From positions 1 through 47,374 of the IMG/VR virus record IMGVR_UViG_3300030329_001639: a stretch of DNA of 47,374 nucleotides. One strand, 5' to 3'. The notes under the pieces were generated by a model. It was not told the origin of the DNA. It ran no database searches and saw only the letters and a program-made list of their open reading frames with translations. Source of the stretch: a virus (Duplodnaviria > Caudoviricetes). The translations under genes and the position numbers were made by a program. Shown one piece after another: positions 20,632 through 29,527 of this stretch (the stretch's first letter is position 1; each line of letters starts with the position of its first letter).

Positions 20632-20659
20632 ATTATATCGAAAGTGCAGAGTAAGTCAA
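20632..20659 (-). promoter_or_regulatory. Sigma70-type promoter for the SSB-like gene
   Basis: Minus strand reads TTGACT-N16-TATAAT, followed by an AAAGGAG RBS. Confidence 0.7.
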
Positions 20660-20663
20660 GTGA

Positions 20664-22700
20664 TTAATGCACGTCCATCCAATTATCGCCTACCTTACAT
20701 TCTAAAAGCAGGGGCACGTCAAAGTCAACTTCAAACTTCTGTAAGAAAGCTTGTCTAAGTTCTTGTTCTGCCTCAGAAATACTTTGGGTTACAAAATTTT
20801 CTTCACCGGGATATGTGTCCACAACAATGCTATCATGTACACTATTTACGATCAAACTTTGTAAATTATACCGTCGCATGTTCGCTTCTACCAACAGCAA
20901 TGTCAGTTGCACAATGTCGGTTGACAGAGATTGAACCGGGTAATTCTTAATGGCCGTGAAATAGGTCACCCCACCCCTAGCCGTGCGAGTAGCATCAGGA
21001 AATGAAAACTGGCGACCAGTCGGAGTAGTCACCATACCTGTCCTCATAACTTCGTCTGCTAACCGTGAATGCCAAGTGCGAATACCTTCATACTTGTCTG
21101 TAAACTGCTCGTAGTACGCGGCCTCTGCCTTAGTACGGCCATACCCAGTAGCACCAAACAACGGTGCAAAGGTGTGAGCCTTAGCCTCTTGCCGTCCCAT
21201 TTTCTGTCCGGCCTTTGTAATTACCTCTGCTGTGTAACTATGAACATCAAACCCCGTTTCAATTTCTTGTTTAGCTACAGGATCTTGGCCTAAAAATGCA
21301 GCAGTTCTAAATTCTAGTTGAGCAAAGTCTGCCTCTATGATTCGACCACTCGCCCAGCGAGAACGAAAAACCCTTTTTATAGGAAAGGTATTTCCTCTGG
21401 GCATGTTTTGAAGATTAGGACTATCTGAAGCAAGCCTACCTGTCGTAGTTCTGTGTTGCACAAGGCGAACGTGCAAACGCTTGTCAGGTTTCATAAAAGT
21501 TTGAATACCCTCCACAAAACTGGAGAGATAGGTTTCAAGGGCAGACAATCTACGAATGTTATGGAGAAACGTCTCTGCTTCTTTCATGCCGAGTCGCTTT
21601 GCCATAGACTCTAGAATTTCAAGACTTCCTTTATTGGTGACAAAGCCATGATTTGCTACCCATCGTGCAGACGGGGCAGAGAATTTTAGTCCAGCAATTT
21701 TCTTTTGAGGTAAATACACAATGCCAGTGCGGTTGCACGGCTTACATATGCGTTTTGCTTTACCTACTGTGCCGTCCTTTTTGCGAGCAAAGATAAAGCC
21801 CTTGCCGCCACATTGTCCACATGAAACCGCCGATGTTTTGTACACAATCTCAGAATGTTTTTTGACTGTATCATCGTACTCTTTCTTCTTCATGTACGGA
21901 GAAAAATGAGCAAGCCATGTAGCTTTTTCTAAAGGTACCCGACTGAAGATCACTTTACTAAGTTGTTCAGGCGAAGATAAATTGACTGGCGTATCACCCA
22001 TCAAATCGTGGATTTGTCTTTCTAAGGAAACTCGTAACTCTTGAAGCTCCTGTTCAAACTCTGAGCGCACTGCATCAAGTGCATCTGTATCTATCTTAAA
22101 ACCTCGACAGTGAATTTTTGTTAGTAACACACACGTCTGGTTTGTAAGCTCAATGATATTTTGTAACGGCGCATACTCCTTAGAAAACATCCGCTTCCTA
22201 AGCACTGTAGCTAGTTCTTGAGTAGCCCGAACATCTACTAGACAATACTCTTCAAGTTGATCTCCATCAATTTCATCAACCGAAACACCCTTTGCAAGTT
22301 GCGTTTTCAGAGTGTCCAGTTTGCGATTGTCTAGCGTCCATTTCTCAGCCAAAGCCTCTAGAGAAAGCGGACTCTTTTGCCCCCGCTGTAACACATATTC
22401 ACCCAGCATAGTGTCAAACACCGGCCCATCATAAGTAAAGCCAGTGTCCCACAACCACATCAACTCATGCTGTGCATTATGGCAAATTAAAACAGTTGCT
22501 TCGTCGAGTTGAGCTTGCAACAACTCCTTGGCATTTTCTGTGCTGTGGGTCTTATGATGGAACCAGTATGAAGATTCAGTCCCGTCATCTTGCTTAGTGC
22601 AAACTAAGACTAACTTGTTGCCCGGAGTAAATGGATCAAGCAATAGCTTCCCATTCTCCATTCTACTCACAGTATTTTCAATGTCGATAGTGAGTTTCAT
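20664..22700 (-). CDS. polA: Family A DNA polymerase with 3'-5' exonuclease and inserted DnaJ-like zinc finger
   Basis: Exo I motif DIE, TTTGRL..PNLQN, motif A ADFAQLEFR, motif B RQEAKAHTFAPLFG, NYPVQS, motif C VHDS. Insert CGQCGGKG...CKPCNRTG. Confidence 0.95.
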   Translation of the reverse strand: MKLTIDIENTVSRMENGKLLLDPFTPGNKLVLVCTKQDDGTESSYWFHHKTHSTENAKELLQAQLDEATVLICHNAQHELMWLWDTGFTYDGPVFDTMLGEYVLQRGQKSPLSLEALAEKWTLDNRKLDTLKTQLAKGVSVDEIDGDQLEEYCLVDVRATQELATVLRKRMFSKEYAPLQNIIELTNQTCVLLTKIHCRGFKIDTDALDAVRSEFEQELQELRVSLERQIHDLMGDTPVNLSSPEQLSKVIFSRVPLEKATWLAHFSPYMKKKEYDDTVKKHSEIVYKTSAVSCGQCGGKGFIFARKKDGTVGKAKRICKPCNRTGIVYLPQKKIAGLKFSAPSARWVANHGFVTNKGSLEILESMAKRLGMKEAETFLHNIRRLSALETYLSSFVEGIQTFMKPDKRLHVRLVQHRTTTGRLASDSPNLQNMPRGNTFPIKRVFRSRWASGRIIEADFAQLEFRTAAFLGQDPVAKQEIETGFDVHSYTAEVITKAGQKMGRQEAKAHTFAPLFGATGYGRTKAEAAYYEQFTDKYEGIRTWHSRLADEVMRTGMVTTPTGRQFSFPDATRTARGGVTYFTAIKNYPVQSLSTDIVQLTLLLVEANMRRYNLQSLIVNSVHDSIVVDTYPGEENFVTQSISEAEQELRQAFLQKFEVDFDVPLLLECKVGDNWMDVH

Positions 22701-22709
22701 AAAGCTACC

Positions 22710-23936
22710 CTATGCTTGAAAGGTTGCAGTTAATGGATCAAACATTGTAACAACTCGACCGTGCCGCCCCGTCAACTTGTTCTTGCAGATAATCCAATGA
22801 CGTTCAGGCCGGTCCCCTTCTTGCTCTCCTTCTAACATTGGTGTTTTTGTCAAACAGAAGAGAACATCCGCTTCACTAGCCTTGCCGGTGCGACTACCTT
22901 CCAGCATAGACATATCCACCATCACTTTGCCTTCTGCTTCAGCGGACAACTGAGACATAGCAAAGATGGCACAGTTATATTGCTTGGCAACAATTCGCAG
23001 CCGAATATAAATAGCTTTCAATTGTTCGTGGGCTGACGTGTAGCGACCTTCTGGTTGCACTTTATCAGCTATGTCTACAACTAAAATGTCCGGCTGGTAT
23101 GCTTTGACTGCACGTTCAAGTCTGTCTAAATCCCAACCCGTAGCATCCGCAATATGAACTCTTTTCTTGATAGGATTAAACAGTTGATCCGCACGTTCCC
23201 TGTTGCGAGGTATTTCTGCAATCGGCATACCGCAACCTGCAACAAGATACCGAGCGGCAACTCTATTGGGGGCTTCTTCGTTGGCTAACACCAACACCTT
23301 CGCTCCTTGTGCTAGAAACCCATTAGGCCCAGCACAAAGATACGCATGGCTAGAAGTTTTCCCTGTGTTGGGCCGGGCTGCCCCAAGAATAAGTTGTCCT
23401 GCATTCACCCCCGGCACAAGCTTCGCTACACTGGAAATGTTTATTGTCCACTTGAAATCATCTTTAGATTTTGCGAGTAAAGAATCAATGTCCATACTCT
23501 CAAATCTTACTTTTAACGCCGGTAGAAAATCATTCTCTCGATTATCAATAAATTCTAATACCCGATGCAGAGAAGTGATCTCTCCGTTGGACATTTTGAA
23601 TGCAATTTCTGCAAGTTCATTCGCAGCATCTTCTCTGTTCAATACTCGCAGTACATCCTGCACCACTTCCACATTCAGTGGCTCAGTGTTTTCAATCTTC
23701 TGAAACAACTCGTGGTATACATTTTTCTGTGCTGTAGTGAGTGTCCCATTCTTTGTCCAAAATAAAGCTTCGATGTCGGCAGGAGTTAAATCGTGCTCAT
23801 ACTCCTTCATACCCAGATCGATTGTGCGCTTAATCGAACGAGTCTCATTGCTCCGAAATATCTTTTCCTTAACTAAATTTCTATGTGCAACATAGAACTC
23901 TCGATTTGTTAGGGTTCGCAATAAACCTATCTCCAT
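22710..23936 (-). CDS. DnaB-like (SF4) replicative helicase
   Basis: Walker A ARPNTGKTS, LANEE, LVVD, AMSQLS, EADV and KNKLTG motifs. Confidence 0.9.
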   Translation of the reverse strand: MEIGLLRTLTNREFYVAHRNLVKEKIFRSNETRSIKRTIDLGMKEYEHDLTPADIEALFWTKNGTLTTAQKNVYHELFQKIENTEPLNVEVVQDVLRVLNREDAANELAEIAFKMSNGEITSLHRVLEFIDNRENDFLPALKVRFESMDIDSLLAKSKDDFKWTINISSVAKLVPGVNAGQLILGAARPNTGKTSSHAYLCAGPNGFLAQGAKVLVLANEEAPNRVAARYLVAGCGMPIAEIPRNRERADQLFNPIKKRVHIADATGWDLDRLERAVKAYQPDILVVDIADKVQPEGRYTSAHEQLKAIYIRLRIVAKQYNCAIFAMSQLSAEAEGKVMVDMSMLEGSRTGKASEADVLFCLTKTPMLEGEQEGDRPERHWIICKNKLTGRHGRVVTMFDPLTATFQA

Positions 23937-24763
23937 GCTGGCCCTCCATACATCTCTGTAAATTCCCACACCTTGTCTTTTAACTTCAATATGTCATTAT
24001 TCTTTCTGTACTTCAGATCGTCCTCTAATTTCATAGAGAAAATCTTATTTGTATCTAACTTACTGCGTAATTCCTGACTCAATAACAGGGTTTTTTTCAA
24101 GGCATCAGGATCCAGAGCAATAATTACCCCCTCAAACGCTCTCAGTTGCTCCACATGCGACGAAAGCAAGGAGGTACCCATCAGGGCTACCCCCGTAGCG
24201 GTGGCGATTGTAGCCCCCACCATGGCCCCGGAAATGGCATCCTCGACAATCACTGCTACATCCCCAGTTCCATGCGTGTAGGCATGGGAAGAAGAGCCAT
24301 AGCGTTTCCATTTTGGCTGGCAGTTTCTCCAGTTGTATGAGGTTTTTGAGATAGAAACCACGGCCTTTTTGATGGATCTGCCTGTAGCGTCTACAATCTT
24401 TCCTTCATGCCGAACCGGAAAGACAATCCGTTCTTCTTTTATGTCATAGTACAGTTCAACATTTTCAAACGGATATTCGTGTGTCTCAATCCACCTTGTT
24501 ATCTCAGGTCGTCCCATCAGAACATGTGGTGGCAAAACAAAAGGTGTAGTTGGGACTTGAGCTTTCGCTGTTAAATCCGAAACACGAATTTGAGAAGATT
24601 GTTTGCCTGAGATATTACAGTCAGCTTTGTAGCAGTTGTACAAAATCCCATCTCTGTTTCGGGTAACTGTAAACGTATTGTTCCCACTACAAACAGGACA
24701 GTCGCCTCGATGTTGTTCCTCAAGACCTAAGTTTAAATCTTCAATGAAGGCGGCGACGTTCAT
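23927..24763 (-). CDS. DNA primase (Zn finger plus TOPRIM)
   Basis: CPVC...CYKADC zinc finger, VIVED, LMGT and ALDPDA. Confidence 0.88.
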   Translation of the reverse strand: MNVAAFIEDLNLGLEEQHRGDCPVCSGNNTFTVTRNRDGILYNCYKADCNISGKQSSQIRVSDLTAKAQVPTTPFVLPPHVLMGRPEITRWIETHEYPFENVELYYDIKEERIVFPVRHEGKIVDATGRSIKKAVVSISKTSYNWRNCQPKWKRYGSSSHAYTHGTGDVAVIVEDAISGAMVGATIATATGVALMGTSLLSSHVEQLRAFEGVIIALDPDALKKTLLLSQELRSKLDTNKIFSMKLEDDLKYRKNNDILKLKDKVWEFTEMYGGPAWR

Positions 24764-25686
24764 TCGTCAATGTCCTCCATAATGGAAGCAGGATCAAACT
24801 GTCTTTTCGCGGCTGCATTGCGAGCTTGTTCCGTACTGATTCGCACATACGGGTTTAGGCTCTCTCTGTTCTTATGTCCAGAGTATGCCATGATTTCTGT
24901 ATCGGTTGCACCACAGTTTGCTAAATCCGTTAGCACTGTGCGGCGTATGTCTCGAAGTTGTAGTGTGTCGGGTAATCCGGCTGCTTCACGAATGCTTTGA
25001 AAGCTACTGGAAATATTGTGCTCCGAGTATGGTTTTAAACTTCGTGGATGGGGAACTACCCATTCCTGAAAATCATATTCTGCTTTCTGGTCTATCAACA
25101 TTTGCGTCAACTCAGGCGACAATGGAATACCGGGAATCCTTTCCCGCGTTTTCTGAATGACTTCCCGACTGTAAAGTTGTTCTTCTAAATTAAAATTACC
25201 CCACTGGGCTAGTCGAATGTCATTGATTCGCTGGCCTAGCTCCACTTGAATCCGAACCAATAGACCAATGTTTCTCCACTTAGGTTCCCCAAATGCAGTT
25301 TTTAGAAAAGTTCTAAAGTCACTTAGGTTCCATACAGTATTTCTAGGATCGGGCCTTGTGCGCTCCACAAATTGCCACGGGTTCTTTTCAAGCACATCAT
25401 ATTTCATCATCACGTTCCAAGCACGGGTCGCAATTTGCAACGTGACATTTGCAAAACGAGTACCGTCCTTAGTGGTACTTTCCAACAGTTGCCAATAAAT
25501 CTTTTGGCACTTCGCTACATTGAGTTCAGATACAGGTAGCTCGGCTACTCCTTTCAAAGCACATAATTTAGATAGTTGATACGCATACTGTGTCCGAGTC
25601 TTGTCGCTTTTTATCTTCCGAGTAAACTCCGGGGTAGTTTTATAAAGTGCTACGACGCCTGCTATTGTTTTTTGTTTTAGTTTCAT
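24760..25686 (-). CDS. Tyrosine recombinase / integrase
   Basis: GQRINDI (Arg), QKT (Lys), LRDIRRT, SGHK (His) and PYVR (Tyr), with an N-terminal core-binding region. Confidence 0.88.
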   Translation of the reverse strand: MKLKQKTIAGVVALYKTTPEFTRKIKSDKTRTQYAYQLSKLCALKGVAELPVSELNVAKCQKIYWQLLESTTKDGTRFANVTLQIATRAWNVMMKYDVLEKNPWQFVERTRPDPRNTVWNLSDFRTFLKTAFGEPKWRNIGLLVRIQVELGQRINDIRLAQWGNFNLEEQLYSREVIQKTRERIPGIPLSPELTQMLIDQKAEYDFQEWVVPHPRSLKPYSEHNISSSFQSIREAAGLPDTLQLRDIRRTVLTDLANCGATDTEIMAYSGHKNRESLNPYVRISTEQARNAAAKRQFDPASIMEDIDE

Positions 25687-26038
25687 TTGTCATTTGCTCC
25701 TTCATAGCTTGCCACTGTTTCAAGGGTAGCTTACCACGAATCCGACTCTTAGTTTTGGCAGGATCGCCAACGTGCAAGGTAAAGTGCGCCCACTTCCGTC
25801 CTTCTTTTACATAGAATGTTCGTCTGCCTGTTCCAAATCTAGGCAACTCATTTGTTAAAGTCATGGTGTACTTTTCACCGTACCGTATCCGCTTGATTGC
25901 TTGCCACTCAGACAATCTTTCTAAGATGGCCTCGGTAGTTTCAACAACTGCTACCACTTCTTCTGCCTTGCGGGGCCGTCCTCTACGCTTTCTCCGGCGC
26001 AAAAAATCAGGAATACTTAACAGTAAATCAATCATCAT
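25640..26038 (-). CDS. Hypothetical basic protein
   Basis: LSIPDFLRR motif, an AT-hook-like RRGRPRK, and RFGTGRR...GRKWA. Confidence 0.6.
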   Translation of the reverse strand: MMIDLLLSIPDFLRRRKRRGRPRKAEEVVAVVETTEAILERLSEWQAIKRIRYGEKYTMTLTNELPRFGTGRRTFYVKEGRKWAHFTLHVGDPAKTKSRIRGKLPLKQWQAMKEQMTNETKTKNNSRRRSTL

Positions 26039-26928
26039 AGAATCTCCAACAACTCATTCAACTCACGTTTGGATAGCTCCGTATCCTCCGCATCTACTGC
26101 CTCCCCAGCAATCATCTTCCGAACAAAATTCATGGCCGGTCTAGATAGGTAGTACCCGTTCAATTGATACTTATCAAATGCGTCATAGGTAAGCGGAACC
26201 CAACGCTTGAGGATACCCAACAGTACATCAGCATATGCTCTAATCTCATATTGTGCGTGTGCATCACAGCGCAGCAACAAAAATCGGAGCAAGTTATATA
26301 AGTCTGTTTTCCAATACCACTGTGTATAAAAGTTAAGGGACAGGTTCATCCTCGCTAATTCCCTAGATAAATTTTCGTCATTCAATAAATGATCATAGTC
26401 CCGGTAGCTTCGCTCTGCATCTTCGCGTAGTAAATCCTGCACTCTCTTACCTGCTTCGGTAGACAGTACATCCCCTCGGCCTTGTCTGTTAGTACCCGAC
26501 TGTTCCGCTAGGTTATTAAGTGTAGGTACATAAAATTCATTATCCAGTATTGAGTAGCGAGCCGAGTATTCATTGACGTTCGCTGTCCTATGTCTTATCC
26601 ATTGTCGAGCTACAAAAATAGGTAGCTTTACATGAACTTTAATTTCACACATCTCGAACGGGGTAGAGTGCTGGTGTCGCATTAAATAATTTAGCAAGCC
26701 AGCATCTTCTCGTACCTTTTTCGTCCCTTTGCCATAAGATACACGCGCTGCTTGCACTACCGCAGCGTCATCACCCATGTAGTCAATGACACGGACGAAC
26801 CCATGATCCAAAACAGGCATGGGTTCATGCAAAATAGCTTCAAGTTTAGGGACAACCACTCTTAATGTCTGCTGTGGGTTACCCCTTGCCTCTTGAATCT
26901 TTTGTTTTTGCTCGCGTGTAAGATTCAT
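26035..26928 (-). CDS. thyX: FAD-dependent thymidylate synthase
   Basis: AARVSY, HSTPFE, the signature [16 protein letters not shown]...HAQYEIR. Confidence 0.96.
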   Translation of the reverse strand: MNLTREQKQKIQEARGNPQQTLRVVVPKLEAILHEPMPVLDHGFVRVIDYMGDDAAVVQAARVSYGKGTKKVREDAGLLNYLMRHQHSTPFEMCEIKVHVKLPIFVARQWIRHRTANVNEYSARYSILDNEFYVPTLNNLAEQSGTNRQGRGDVLSTEAGKRVQDLLREDAERSYRDYDHLLNDENLSRELARMNLSLNFYTQWYWKTDLYNLLRFLLLRCDAHAQYEIRAYADVLLGILKRWVPLTYDAFDKYQLNGYYLSRPAMNFVRKMIAGEAVDAEDTELSKRELNELLEIL

Positions 26929-27076
26929 GTGTATCTAAATAATGTTGAGCGCATAAGGCGGGTACCCACCCGGACGCTGTAATATCCGCTTTGTTTGTAC
27001 AGTTATCATATTCACAATTAGGCCGAGTATCGATTGCACCTCTTAATTTTTTACTTCGTCCTGCTTTTGTTGCCAT
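26879..27076 (-). CDS. Small Cys/His zinc-finger-like protein
   Basis: CEYDNC...LCAQH. Confidence 0.5.
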   Translation of the reverse strand: MATKAGRSKKLRGAIDTRPNCEYDNCTNKADITASGWVPALCAQHYLDTHESYTRAKTKDSRGKG

Positions 27077-27230
27077 TCATTACTTCCCTCGCCAACGAAG
27101 CACAACGACGCTCCAACATGCCCATGCGATCATGTAATTCACGAGTGCGAAACATAATTTGTTCTCGCACTTCTTCTTCGATCATCTCATTCAACAGATC
27201 GTGAAACTTTTCTTTGATCGTTGTATTCAT
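27051..27230 (-). CDS. 59-aa hypothetical protein (not in ORF track)
   Basis: Translates to MNTTIKEKFHDLLNEMIEEEVREQ... with a GGAG RBS and fills the gap. Confidence 0.55.
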   Translation of the reverse strand: MNTTIKEKFHDLLNEMIEEEVREQIMFRTRELHDRMGMLERRCASLAREVMNGNKSRTK

Positions 27231-27363
27231 CAGTGCCCTCCTCTTCTCCTAAAGCCTCTTCCAATTTATTCTTGTACAACAACACAAGTGCATGGAGCTT
27301 TTGGTTTTCCGTTTCCAATGATTTTACATAATTTGTGTACTCATATTGTTCAACAATCGGCAT
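27187..27363 (-). CDS. Small coiled-coil protein
   Basis: MPIVEQYEY...LETENQKL with an AAGGA RBS. Confidence 0.5.
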   Translation of the reverse strand: MPIVEQYEYTNYVKSLETENQKLHALVLLYKNKLEEALGEEEGTDEYNDQRKVSRSVE

Positions 27364-27376
27364 TGTTTGATTCCTT

Positions 27377-27928
27377 CTAATACCCACGAAGATAAGTGTG
27401 GCCTTCCAGTATCGTCGTGACAATCATGCCCCGTGCCCAGTGGGGTTTTCCGATCTTCTTGTGGGCATAGTAATGGGTCGCACCATGCACCAAGTCACGA
27501 ACAATAATGTCCTGCGATATTCCTAATCGTTTCAGTTGTGCCCATGTCGCAGCACCTTCATACAGTCCACCAAAATCCTTGTAAGGTTTATAGGCAAACA
27601 ACACCGCTTTTACCGCTTCTTCCCACGCCACTAAGTCTGTGATGTCATTGGGAATATCGTCCGAATACCAAGTGAATTGATGAGGCTGTGTAATCACATC
27701 ACAAACATCGGTCGGATAAAATGGTGCAAGGGATCTGTTCATCACGACTTGCGTGACAGCAATCTGTTCTTGTCTATTGACGCCGCGAGCTTCGTGATAT
27801 GCGTTCGCTGAGAGACAGTAGATGTCCTCAAAATCAGTCATATTCAACAGTTGATGTGGGAAAGTGCTGTCATAGAAAAAAAGCATTCCCATGAGCATAT
27901 ATGCTGCGGACCAAGTTATCTCCATCAT
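27377..27928 (-). CDS. SleB-like cell wall hydrolase (Hydrolase_2)
   Basis: CLSANAYHEARG, AVTQVVMNR, VCDVITQPHQFTW, GATHYY, PHWA and GHTY, with a hydrophobic N-terminus. Confidence 0.88.
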   Translation of the reverse strand: MMEITWSAAYMLMGMLFFYDSTFPHQLLNMTDFEDIYCLSANAYHEARGVNRQEQIAVTQVVMNRSLAPFYPTDVCDVITQPHQFTWYSDDIPNDITDLVAWEEAVKAVLFAYKPYKDFGGLYEGAATWAQLKRLGISQDIIVRDLVHGATHYYAHKKIGKPHWARGMIVTTILEGHTYLRGY

Positions 27929-28218
27929 GGACTGTCCTCCAAAATCATTTCCTGTACCATGGTCGGATCAGCGTTCAACGCTTCAGTATATTTTGTGTCA
28001 TAGTGATACAAGGATTGTAAGGGATGGCCTTCTGTTTCCCCCAACGGATAAACATGGCATGCAATTCGCTTGACCTTTTGAGTGCCAATCGGGTCAAGCA
28101 GTTCTATCTTTACAGTTACCTCATTTAGTGGCACATCCACATACAAACTTTTATGATCCGTTTGATGTCCATACTTTTCAAAGTCTATGGAAAAATATCT
28201 TTTTTCATGCGTAGTCAT
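27925..28218 (-). CDS. Hypothetical protein
   Basis: Tightly packed ORF. Likely start is MTTHEK. Confidence 0.5.
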   Translation of the reverse strand: MTTHEKRYFSIDFEKYGHQTDHKSLYVDVPLNEVTVKIELLDPIGTQKVKRIACHVYPLGETEGHPLQSLYHYDTKYTEALNADPTMVQEMILEDSP

Positions 28219-28582
28219 CGTGCTCGCCTTTAATTCGTCTACCTTTGATCCACTCTCCTTCAAACTTACTACCATCCGGCCAAGTCACTGTGCCTTTGCC
28301 ATGTGGTTCTCCCTCACACCACTCACCCATGTGACTGAACCCATCGGGCGCGTAATACATAATCCCCGTTCCGTGCTGCTTCCCGTTGAGCCAGTGACCA
28401 GTGTACACTTCCCCATCTTCCCATTTGTAGGTACCAAAGCCAGTAGTAGGCATAGTTTCGGGCTTGTGCATAAGGATTTGACGCAATGAGTTCATTACAA
28501 ATTTCGGAAAGGGTGCTACACTACCGATTGTATTTCGAAGAGCAGTGTCCATGTCTGTGATCATCCACCCTCGCTTAATCAT
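28205..28582 (-). CDS. MORN-repeat protein with an N-terminal segment homologous to the internal virion protein
   Basis: Three MORN units (GFGTYKWEDGEVYTGHWLNGKQHGTG..., GEWCEGEPHGKG..., DGSKFEGEWIKG). N-terminus matches two motifs of ORF 8772-12347. Confidence 0.8.
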   Translation of the reverse strand: MIKRGWMITDMDTALRNTIGSVAPFPKFVMNSLRQILMHKPETMPTTGFGTYKWEDGEVYTGHWLNGKQHGTGIMYYAPDGFSHMGEWCEGEPHGKGTVTWPDGSKFEGEWIKGRRIKGEHDDYA

Positions 28583-28736
28583 AGATGCTGTGGGGGGTTG
28601 GAGTACGATACTTCACGATGGCGTCTCTCACTTCTTGATAGACTACCCAGAACATCACGCCGATTAGGGCATGAAATGTGATAAAGCCGATCAATACCAA
28701 ACTTTTTAGCCACAGTCCCAAAATCATTTCAATCAT
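28575..28736 (-). CDS. 53-aa membrane peptide (not in ORF track)
   Basis: Translates to MIEMILGLWLKSLVLIGFITFHALIGVMFWVVYQEV... with a GGAG RBS. Its stop overlaps the MORN gene start. Confidence 0.6.
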   Translation of the reverse strand: MIEMILGLWLKSLVLIGFITFHALIGVMFWVVYQEVRDAIVKYRTPTPHSIYD

Positions 28737-28971
28737 TTTTTTGTGCTCCGTGAAAATTTAATTGTAAGTATAGTAATCTATCGTCAAACAAATTTTTCAC
28801 CATGTCAATACTAGAATGGCTCACTTCATGGTAGTGCCCTTCAGCCGTGCGAACCATAACCGGCTGACACTTTTGGTCCTCCGTCATTTTCTCAAGCGCC
28901 TTAGCCAAATCAGCATAGGTCACAAGTCTTCTCCTACTAGCTCTTGATGGTCGCACAGTCCTCGTACTCAT
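28729..28971 (-). CDS. Hypothetical early protein (paralog of 29935-30111)
   Basis: TYADLAKALEKMTEDQKCQPV. Confidence 0.55.
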   Translation of the reverse strand: MSTRTVRPSRASRRRLVTYADLAKALEKMTEDQKCQPVMVRTAEGHYHEVSHSSIDMVKNLFDDRLLYLQLNFHGAQKND

Positions 28972-29209
28972 CGTCTATATCTCCTTCTTCCCGATCATCC
29001 TCACTTTCATAGACTGTCCGAGAAGTTAAAGAATCAAACATAAGCGTGGCATCGATTGAAACTAGCGAAGTGTCAATTACATCCGGGGCCGTTTGATTCG
29101 CTGTCTCAAGCGCCTCTTCTTCACTGGCCGCAGTAATCGTATACGTTTCTGTAACGTGCAGATGTTTCTCGATTCGCCAGCGTCTATAATCAAAATTACT
29201 ATTCATCAT
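28937..29209 (-). CDS. Acidic early protein (DpnD/PcfM-like motif)
   Basis: TYTITAASEEEALE motif and an acidic tail. Confidence 0.5.
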   Translation of the reverse strand: MMNSNFDYRRWRIEKHLHVTETYTITAASEEEALETANQTAPDVIDTSLVSIDATLMFDSLTSRTVYESEDDREEGDIDDEYEDCATIKS

Positions 29210-29504
29210 CCTCTCGATTAGTTTCATAGCGTTCGTCAGCGCGGCGGTTATCAGCACGATTTTCTTCATCAGCAACATCATCTTTGCGGACTTCCATCGA
29301 TTTCTGCAAGACCAGCACAGCGTCTAGTGGTAGGTCGTGCGCCCGGAAATCGTCGTCCCTGACTTCTTTTAGTGCGTCACTTCGTCGATCATTAGCGCGT
29401 ATCAACTCAGCTTCACGTTCCAACTCAAGAGTACGCGACTTACGTTCATTCAGCCGCGTTAGCCCTTCAATGATAGCCGCTACTCCCCTAAAACTTATTT
29501 CCAT
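29199..29504 (-). CDS. Hypothetical early coiled-coil protein
   Basis: Charged helical ORF within the early operon. Confidence 0.55.
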   Translation of the reverse strand: MEISFRGVAAIIEGLTRLNERKSRTLELEREAELIRANDRRSDALKEVRDDDFRAHDLPLDAVLVLQKSMEVRKDDVADEENRADNRRADERYETNREDDE

Positions 29505-29527
29505 GTTCGATCCCCATCGATGTGTGT

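Noticed and set aside
14711-22700. Inteins or introns in RNR or polymerase
   Set aside because: Both ORFs are continuous and of normal length, with no splice motifs seen. The polymerase insert is a Cys finger.
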